The translations under genes were made by a program, and so were the position numbers. A stretch of DNA of 64,000 nucleotides from contig CM120644.1 of assembly GCA_051362555.1 (NCBI GenBank), positions 2,612,954 to 2,676,953 of the forward strand, read 5' to 3'. This document shows positions 36,845 through 46,442 of the stretch, in pieces. The notes beneath the pieces are model-generated. The model was not told the origin of the DNA. It saw only the letters and a program-made list of their open reading frames with translations, and made no database searches. How positions within the stretch are numbered: position 1 is the stretch's first letter; each line of letters starts with the position of its first letter. The DNA is from Lingula anatina. Lineage: Eukaryota > Animalia > Brachiopoda.

Positions 36845-37050
36845 ACTGACTCTTCTGAGTCGGCCACTACGACCCTCTTTTCTGAGTCGTCCGCTATGAC
36901 TGACTCTTCTTCTGAGTCGGCCACTACGACCCTCTTTTCTGAGTCTTCCGCTATGACTGACTCTTCTTCTGAGTCGGCCACTACGACCCTCTTTTCTGAG
37001 TCGTCCGCTACGACTGACTCTTCTTCTGGGTTGGCCACTACGACCCTCTC
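36845..37050. repeat. 30/60-bp hairpin minisatellite array
   Basis: Alternating CCACTACGACCCTCTTTTCTGAGTCGTCCG / CTATGACTGACTCTTCTTCTGAGTCGG units. The minus frame reads EKRVVVADSEEESVIADDS. Confidence 0.9.
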
Positions 37051-37295
37051 TCTACTGTTTAAAAAAAATACACATTTAAGTTTAAATGCTTTGCCTGATA
37101 TTTTGAATATTATACATGCGTTACGTACCTGTGCATCAACGTGAAACGATTTCACGTTGTAGTGCTGATATATTTTTTCTGTCAAGGCTACAATGTAGCC
37201 GTGGCCAATATCGCAGTGCTGTACTTCTATCTGTGCCATGTTGCTGTGGTATTAACGCCGAGAAATGGGGGTATTTATACACAACAGAAATGGTG

Positions 37296-37712
37296 TGACT
37301 TTGCAGGTTTTGTCTTTATTTTCGTAACATTATATAATACATCTTTCAACTCCACTGACTCTGCAATTTTTCTGCAAAACAAAAAGATTTAACCCTTTGC
37401 TTGTCAAATATTTATCGGGGAATTATAGGCAACCGAATGACATGACTTTGCAGTTTTTTCTTTCATTTTAATATCAAATATTAAATAATTATATAATACA
37501 CCTTTCAACTCTACTGACTCTGCAATTTTTCAGCAAAACTTAAAGATTTAAACCTTTGCATGTCAAATATTTATCGGGGAATTATAGGCGACAGAATGAC
37601 ATGACTTAGCAGTTTTTTCCTTCATTTTAATAGCAAATATTAGAATAATTATATAATACAGCATAACCATTTTTGGTGAAATAAAATAACTCTGCTATTT
37701 TTCAGCAAAACA
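37296..37712. repeat. ~155-165-bp tandem repeat, about 2.6 copies
   Basis: GACTTTGCAGTTTT...ATATAATACA..CTGACTCTGCAATTTTT..GCAAAAC repeats at ~37297, 37444 and 37603. A single copy occurs at ~41443. Confidence 0.75.
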
Positions 37713-38061
37713 AGTCTGCTGCCTTGTCGACTCTGCCTGTCTGATTGCTGACAAATCCGTTTAACACACAAGACTTGAAATATTACCTCGTAGGTATCCA
37801 AGTACCTCGTCATTGACATTCACTTACAAAGCGATATTTGCAAATCTGCCAGCACGTTCTTCAAGTGTTAGTTTGTTGACAAATCCACTGGACCGATAAG
37901 ACCCACCTGCCCTCTGCTTGTCGCGTCGTAGGTATCCCAGGCCATCAAGTGCATTTGTCATTCACATTCGCTTGCAACGCCTCATTTACGCTCTAAAAAA
38001 ACTGCATAAAAAGTATATGGTGTATCAAAAAAGCAGCTTGTGCGGTCCATTACAAACTACT

Positions 38062-38538
38062 AGCCACTACCACCCTCTTTTCTGAGTCATCCGCTACGAC
38101 TGACTCTTCTTCTGAGTTGGCCACTACGACCCTCTTTTCTGAGTCGTCCGCTACGACTGACTCTTCTTCTGGGTTGGCCACTACGACCCTCTTTTCTGAG
38201 TCATCCGCTACGACTGACTTTTCCTCTGAGTCAGCCACTACGACCCTCTTTTCTGAGTCGTCCGCTACGACTGACTCTTCTTCTGAGTTGGCCACTACGA
38301 CCCTCTTTTCTGAGTCATCCGCTACGACTGACTTTTCTTCTGAGTCAGCCACTACGACCCTCTTTTCTGAGTCATCCGCTACGACTGACTTTTCTTCTGG
38401 GTCAGCCACTACGACCCTCTTTTCTGAGTCATCCGCTACGACTGACTTTTCTTCTGAGTCAGCCACTACGACCCTCTTTTCTGAGTCATCCGCTACGACT
38501 GACTCTTCTTCTGGGTTGGCCACTACGACTCACTCTTA
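38062..38538. repeat. 60-bp minisatellite array, about 8 dimers
   Basis: Same unit as 36845-37050, open on the minus strand as (EKRVVVADSEEESVVADDS)n. Shorter arrays lie at ~11690-11820, 16150-16210, 19360-19475, 22660-22690, 35230-35270, 39655-39780 and 41540-41670. Confidence 0.92.
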
Positions 38539-38734
38539 TTCTGTTATTCTATTTCATCTTGGGTACAATTTGCATATGAACGGAATGGCTAACGGTTCTT
38601 GTTGCTATGTATTCTTACTTCTTGACCAGTAGTGACCGGAAGTAGAAGGGAGTTGTATTCCTGGGAATTTTTTTATTTGAAAGGTGAAGGTGTAATGGGG
38701 GTCTGTACCATGCTTAGGTTTGTGGAGTGGCACG

Positions 38735-38885
38735 TCTAAATATTTGTGTTTGTCTATGCCATTGTTGTTCCTATTTACACCCTTGCAACTGAATTTTGGT
38801 TTTGTTTCACTTCCAAAACAGTATTACGTTTTACTGCAAAGACTAACGATGCCATCACCAATCCACTCAGCCTTGAACAACTCGA
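38735..38885 (-). pseudogene. Maverick PolB C-terminal fragment, lineage 2 (third copy)
   Basis: LFKAEWIGDGIVSLCSKT*YCFGSETKPKFSCKGVNRNNNGIDKHKYLDV is homologous to 28793-28900 and extends past its truncation. Confidence 0.85.
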
Positions 38886-41800
38886 CCCCCCCCCCCCCCC
38901 GACCCCGGGGGGGGGGGGGGGGTTCTAACTCAGCTAAAAATAGCATAAGGAGATGTATTATGATATCATCTGTATAGATGACAAAGGAAAACTGTCTTCC
39001 GTCTTCAAGTTCTATTACAATTCTGGAAATCATTTTTCTGTGGTGGGTAGCTCAGCTAACAAATGTTTCGGTTAAGATGACACCGATGACCATGGAAATG
39101 ACACCCGTTCATTAAATCTATTACCTCGACGTCAACTTCTTCTTCATCGTCGCTGAGGTTTGTGATGTCTACGACCACGATGTCCTCCATTCTAATCGAT
39201 TCATCGTGGGAGTGGGAGACTTACCGGTTTCACCGTCCGTTAGGATGATGAAGTGTTATATCTGGAAAAAATGTTGGCTATTGTCACAACAAACTAAGAA
39301 AAATTCAACAAAATCATGAGGCTGATCCCTATCCCATACTCAATGCTCCTTTAGCTCATGAAAATGTCTTGGTAATAACTGGAAATTGAACGAGGGCGCT
39401 TCACTAAACCAAAGCGTGTATCCCTGTACAGATGAGAGTCGTTTGCTACCGCTATTATTATATTTTTATGGTAGTTTGAGAGCCTGTAAATGTTAATCAT
39501 TCCTTTATGCTCAATAAACTATTATTACATTGTACAGGATTTAAACCCGTGTAGTTTCAATCAGTTTATTCTGTACAAATAGGCCATATTTACCTTTTTT
39601 GCGTTATAAACGCCCGGGTTCAAATATTCTTCATCCAAGTCTTCCCTCTGCAATTGACTGACTCTTCTGAGTTGGCCGCTATGACTGACTCTTCTGAGTC
39701 AGCCACTATGACTGTCTCTTCTATGTTGGCAGCTACCACTGACTATTCTTCTGAGTCGGCCACTACTACTCCCTCTTCTTAGGAATGTCCATTACGGAAA
39801 ACATGATTGCTTGTAGAGAAATACACCACAATCTTTGAATTGAAAATGTTCTGAGTTAACAGTCCGTAAATGGTAAGTTAAATATGCTGGAAATTCATCG
39901 TGCAAAAAAAAAAATACAGATTTACAATTTTCAATTATTTTTATTTTTGCTCAAAAATCACCCTGTGTGCGATACGTTTCTCTATTTTTGCTTAAAGATC
40001 ACCCTGTGCGTGTTACATTTTTCTATTTTTGCTTGTGCGTGTTTAGTCCATCTCTGAAAAAAAAGAATCCTTAATTACAGAGACAAACAAGGCTTTTGAG
40101 CTTCTATAATAATCATAAATGACAAATTTACATCCACATATTCTTATGTAAAACGTTTTAGCATTCAGTGAAACGACATTATATTATGTGGTAAACAAAA
40201 CTTACCCGGCTAAATTACCGGCTCTGCCTACCCGGCTAATTATCGATAATGACGTCTAACATCTGTAAAAAGAAAAAAAATTTCATTATTGCTTCGTCGC
40301 CGCTTTTTTAAGTAATTATGGACAATGTATATTTTTGTATATGTTTTCCACTTTAACGCAGTATGCTACAAGACATTCTCCTTGATATATGAATAAATGT
40401 TGTTTACAGTTCCCCCTCAATTATGTCGAACGGGTCTTCCGAGTCCTGTAAAAAAATTATATAATTTAAAATATTTATCGAAAATACTTAATAAAACACT
40501 AAATAAATACGTATGATAAAGCTATGCACAATTGTCGGCATTAATCGTTAGAATACATGATGGAAAAGATACTTACGTCCACTCTGAAGACCTCAACCAT
40601 CATATCCTCCGTATAAAAAATTAATACCAGGTGCTTGCACCTGACGCAGCGGTAGAGGAAAAATTCCATGTTTAAGATGAGAAGTCTGTAAAATCGATTT
40701 CTCCGTATTTATACAGCAAAATACAATGACAGTCATGTATTAAGTCGGAGAAACTTAACAAGGAACTCCGTATAATCGTCTTGAAAGAAAACTGCCAAAT
40801 GTTCTGGAAAATCACTTGATCTCTTCTAGGCAGTGCGTGATAATTTTTTCTAAATCGCATATAGTGTTTTCTAAATAATCGCATAAAGCGTTTTCTAAAC
40901 AACTATATGAAAAATCTGATGCTATTGTAAGTAGTTGTACTAAATTGTAATGATCTAAAAGTCTCAACCACAACATCTGAACCAAAGATGGTCAAGGGGA
41001 GTTGGTTCTCTTTCCAGACTTTATCGTCTTACATTTCCCAAATACGGAGAGAAAAAACGAAATAGTCAAAGTGTTCTATATGATTTCTGTAATGCAAATT
41101 TGACTGAAATTCGGTCACTCTGTAAATAAGTTTAAACTGTTTGTCAAAAGACGAAGTGCATGGAGTGAATATATGCAATACATAGAAAATACATATCTCC
41201 ACTGTTAAAAATACGTACGTTTTAGTTAAAAATCCTTTGCCTGATATAATTGTATATTATGCATGCGTAACGTACCTGTGCATCTACATGAAATGATTTC
41301 ACGTTGTAGTGCTGATAGATTTTTTCTGTCACGGCCACAATGTAGCCGTGGCAAATGTCACATGTCTGTACTTCTAACTGTGCCATGTTGCTGTGGTATT
41401 AACGCCGAGAAATGGGGGTATTTATACGCAACAGAAATGGTACGACTTTGCAGTTATTTTTCTTTATAATAACAGATATTAAAATAATTATATAATATAC
41501 CTCTACCGAATTTTTTAACAAAACAAAGATTTAAACTGGCTGACACTTCTTCTGAGTCAGCCACTTTGACTGACTTTTTTTGAGTCGGCTGCTATGACTG
41601 ACTCTTCTTCTGAGTCCGCCGCTATGACTGACTCTTCTTCTGAGTCGGCCAGTGCCACTCACTCTTCTTTGGAATCCGTGTCCATTACGGAAAACATGAT
41701 TGTTTGTGGAGAAATACACCACGAACTTTGAATTGAAAATGTTCTTAACAGTCCGTAAATGGTAAGTAAAATATACTGGAAATTTATCGTGCACCTCTTT

Positions 41801-41945
41801 TACTACTGGTGTTGTTTGCTTTTTAACATAGTTCAATAGGGTCTTGACATTTTCTGTTGTTGACCAAAAGGTATGGACCCAGTTAGTGTTTTCAACTTTG
41901 CCAGGTTCTAAAAGATCTTTATGGACAATGTTTTTATGGTTTTAA

Positions 41946-43500
41946 GTAACATTTTTTTAAATGATTGTAAGAAAACAATCATTGTCAGTAAAAAATATGA
42001 AATGATTTTCTTGCTTTTGTTTGTTTGTTATTTCAGAATGGTTGTAAGTAAACAATGATTGTTAGTGAACAATTTAATGAAATGTTTTATTTATTTACTA
42101 CATTTTGTAATGGATGTTAGGAATGTTATATAATTTTTGTAAGTAAAACTAAGAGTTATCAATTAGTTGTATTGAACTGAACAGTACTAATGTGCTCCGT
42201 TTTACAAACATAGACATAATGTTGATGCAAAACGATAGGACTTAATTCTTTGTTTGCTATTGCTTGCTATTGACTGGTTTTACATGCAGATGTTCATTGT
42301 TTCAGTCACCCATGTTGAAAGTTCACAGATGTATTGAGTTACCTTGTATATCAGGTTTTATCAGCATTTCAATTTCTACCATTGTTTTACAATGTGTAAT
42401 ATATAATGAGATCGTTAGATGTGGAGTTCTGTAAAATTTGTTTTTATCAAAAGGTTTTTGAAGAAATAAAAAAGAAAAAAATATTACCTCAGCGTTGTTG
42501 TTCTAGAATTCAGAGATGTTTTATAATATGAGTACAAGGCATGTGATCTGCTCATCGCATGTAAATTCAAAATTGCTAACCATTACTCATAATCGCTATT
42601 TTTTTTTTTCTCAAAGGTAGACTAGCTAAAGTTAAATACGGATGTTCGAGGCAAGGGTTGTCAGATCGTGTAGCTAGGGAACAATCTGTTTTAATGAAAT
42701 ATGAAAGTGATCAAGATAAAAAATTTAGACTAGCTTTTATAACGTTAATGCTTAAATAAAGTTTGGAGTTACAGAAACAGCTTCTTGTCCGAGTTACTGT
42801 GGTCTTTATTTGGGTAATTTTTGGCAGTTCCAAAAAGCACATCGCAAAAGGGATGCTTTATTGTTTATTTGTTTATTTATTTATTCATGTAATTTTACCT
42901 AAATGTGATAAGCAATAGGCACATTTCTTAATATAATTACTTGTATTCATCCGTGTGCTCAGTATGTGACGTTGGATTTGTATTTAAATGTCCTTTCTGT
43001 CTTTTCTACATTGAAAGCAACAAATAGCATGTTAAATGTAACATCCAATTTTAGTTGAAAATTAATATTATTTTTATTAATCTACCAAAAAATATCAGTT
43101 TATAAATTGTTTGTTGTTATTGGAAGCATCGCCTGTCGTAATGTCGGGACCTTCTCTCCTCCCAATATCGATTTATTTTACGCTAAGTCGCTAAACTTTG
43201 AACCAGTATTGAATATGAATACACGAGTATTTCAAGATATGGAAATTCCAAGCGTCGATACTAATGGTTTTGTATGTACAGAAGCGTCCTAAAAATCAAA
43301 AGCAGGCTACAGTTACTATTCGTATTATACTTAGATGTTTTTTGTCTTTGGTTATGTTTAAATCCATATAATTTAATCCTTCACTTTGCTGTGACTACTC
43401 TTGTCTGCGGCCACTAAGACATACCTAAAACAGTCCAACAGGATTGATCTATCTCCAAGGTTTTTTGCTAAACTGCTTTCCGTTTGTCTGGTACTCCTAC
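41946..43500 (+). repeat. Local duplication, copy 1 (copy 2 at ~61023-64000)
   Basis: 41946-42735 matches 61023-61846 and 42735-43490 matches 62825-63975. Copy 2 carries an extra ~980 bp, a MITE, a 33-bp hairpin and a long T run. Confidence 0.9.
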
Positions 43501-44123
43501 AGAAGCTGCTAAACGATAATTAATTACCCCCTAGCAGCTTCAGTAAGCGTGACAGACATCCAAGCCGCTTAAGTCGATTGCGATTTAGCGAGAATCCTCT
43601 CGGAGATAGATCGATCCACAGTTAGTACTATAGGGTCTGGGAATGGTCCCTAGGATATGCTACTAAACTAATAAGTTTCATAAGTCGACGTGTCATCCAC
43701 AATTTAAGGCCGCTTATAATATAGCCAAGCAAATCGATACGTTTTCGTTTATGGAATTGGACTGGTAAACTGCCCTTTACTGGAGCCATTGATACAAGTA
43801 CTCGTACAGCGGAGACATGGTGTTAATTCCCCTAGAGTCTCCAAAAACTTTAGGTGCTAATGGATGGATGTGACCTTTTTTATCTCTTCACTGCACATTT
43901 TCAGGACATAAAACGCTTGATTTGGCTGCGTATCTTTAAGTCCAGAAACTTCTTTTTTTTTCAGTTCCCATATAATGTATGTACAACCGTGTAAAAAACA
44001 CTTGCGTGACCTTTTTTGCATTATATGATGCATAACCAAAGTTGTTTAGTTCTTTTTTATCATTATCTATCTTTATACACAATAAAATGTTTTCTGTATA
44101 ATTATGTTGATATTTGTTTTTAA

Positions 44124-46442
44124 GGACGCTCTCTCATATTTCAGATTTCATATTTTTGCCCTAGCGATTTTGATTAAAATTGTAAGACAAAATCTTCTTA
44201 CCATATGAGTAAAAAATATGAAAAAAAATTGGGGGTACTCCAGCTCGTTTTCAAGAGGTGGCGTCCCGAAAAACGCTACGTTTATTACATTGCGTTATAT
44301 GGGGATTTTGCCAAAATGCCCTAAATTTTGCTGAAAAATGCAAAAATAAAAAAATCTGCCCTAGCGATTTTAATTTTATGTGGATATGTTATAGATCTTG
44401 GTAGACCTCAAAGAAATTTACAAAAAATATGTACCACAACATGCTTGTTTTTTAGCCAGGGCTGCTTGAACATCGATTTTTTATCAAATTTACATAGGAA
44501 TCAATGGAAATTTCCAAGCAAATTTAAATAAATATGTTTTGTATCGTGGGTTTTTTTAACTCATACACTTATTTTGCTTGCATGAAAATTATATTTATAC
44601 TTCTCTGCATCAGCTTACTAAATTTCATAAAGTTTGCTTATCCCATTTATAACAAATAGATATTCAAATGTTGAAAGTATCAGTTGGATTTCAGTATGCC
44701 TCATGGAATGCCGCCATATTGGATTTGTCATAGGCTGGACCTACAAGCACACGTATCAATCTCTTGTGACTTTTATGTTCCTATTCCTTTTTTCTTACTG
44801 GTTTATACATTTTTAACATTGAGATAGCTGGATAGATTGTTTGCTTTGTATATTTTAATATACATTGTTCAAACAATGTATCAATTTCTTACTACTGGTA
44901 CGTTTCATGTACTAGCCAGATTTCTTGACAAACGTGCTTTGGAAACTAGGTGGCAAAAAAGTTGGAATATTCATCTAAAGACATATTTTGGTTATCAGTT
45001 TATTTCGATTTCATATTATATTTACAACATGAAATCAAATAAATATCAATAAATATGCATACTTATTAAAAAATTTAGGCATTAAAGACATCCTACATGC
45101 ATTTTTCTTATTACTTTATACATTTTGTTACTCTTTTTTTTTTTTTTTTGTGTTTAGATTAATTTCACATAGAAGACAATAAAGACCATCTAGACCTCTT
45201 TGAAATGACGTGTGCAAATGCTGATATATAAACCACGACATCTTAATTTTCCCCCTAAGCACGAAGAAATTATTTTTATAAACTAGGTATTATATAGAAT
45301 TTGCTAAAGGTTGAACGCAGGATTTAGTTAATTGAATGGGATTAAATAAAAAATCAAATAACGGGGATCTTCCTGGGTCAAAATCTGGCTGGGCCATTTT
45401 TAAAAATGTGTGCCGTGAATTTTTTGTGATAATTCATTATGTTTCAATATCATTTTTTATTTTAATTTTGATCATATTAAGATTAAAAACACTGAAAAAA
45501 GGCTTGGTGCTTTGAGATCAAAGGATTTTCTGCTCTTTATTATTGCATACATCAACTAATTTTTTTGACTCAAGACAATATTCTAATACATTATGGGCTG
45601 AATAATTTCTGTTAAGTAATTAACAAACTAAATTGTTAATGATTGGGTATATTTGGATAAAATTAGAATTAAGTACAATTTATCTTCTAAAATATACTGT
45701 TTATTTTCCCAGCATAAAAAAAGTATTACATGTATTTGCATAAAAACCCTTGGTCCTCTGTTGTGTGTTTTATGGTTTTGTCCATTTGCACTTTAACAGA
45801 ACCATTACAAGAATGACATCGCAACACGCCGGATGGGTGCACACGTATTGCATCTTTCCAGGAGAGCTAAAAATCGCACTGTTTACAGGTAACATTGCTC
45901 AATAACATACTTTAAAAAAAACGTCAGGAATCTAATTATTTTAACTAATTGTGAGAGAAAAGAGAATTGTTTTCAGCATACAAATCACCGCAACCTGGGT
46001 GATCGGAAACCAATGCTGAAGAAGACAATGTCTTGCTACACACATCGTAACCATATGACAAATCTTAGCAATACACTTTACGGTCAAAATGCAAGCCCTT
46101 GTGAATGTTTTCTGTGAGATAAGATCATGTCACTGCTATACAAGTCTTACTAAAACGTTCGTTTCAGTCCCTTCTCGTACATTGCGGCATTTGTAAACAA
46201 AGTCGCAAATGGGGTACTTTACGTCGTAAAAGACCAAGCGCTCACTGATACGCAACGCATTGTTGACATATTCGTAGCGCTTCGACCAAAATAGCATCAA
46301 ATATTACATACAGATTTCTTAAAAGGATGAATGACGTATTTTATTGCATGTTACATTTTCATAATTAGCCGCTATCGCAAAAAACTACTCATGCGCGAAA
46401 TCTGCACAGATCGCAAAAAAAAGCTAATATGAGAGAACGTCC
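44124..46442. mobile_element. Non-autonomous Kolobok-type DNA transposon (2.3 kb)
   Basis: TTAA|GGACGCTCTCTCATATT ... AATATGAGAGAACGTCC|TTAA: a 17-bp TIR with one mismatch, TTAA TSD and a purine start. Confidence 0.85.

Noticed and set aside
36845-38538. Palindromic 30-bp direct repeats among viral fragments as a CRISPR-like array
   Set aside because: The units are head-to-tail with alternating near-identical variants. There are no unique spacers of fixed length and no cas-like genes, and the context is eukaryotic. It is a minisatellite.
38117-38632. Ser/Thr-rich mucin-like plus-strand ORF
   Set aside because: It is simply the opposite-strand reading of the 60-bp minisatellite.
6753-41800. 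Giant Helentron that captured the Maverick fragments
   Set aside because: The HINE has its own 3' end at 8435 and interrupts PolB, whose C-terminus lies at 6680-6752, so it inserted into pre-existing viral DNA.
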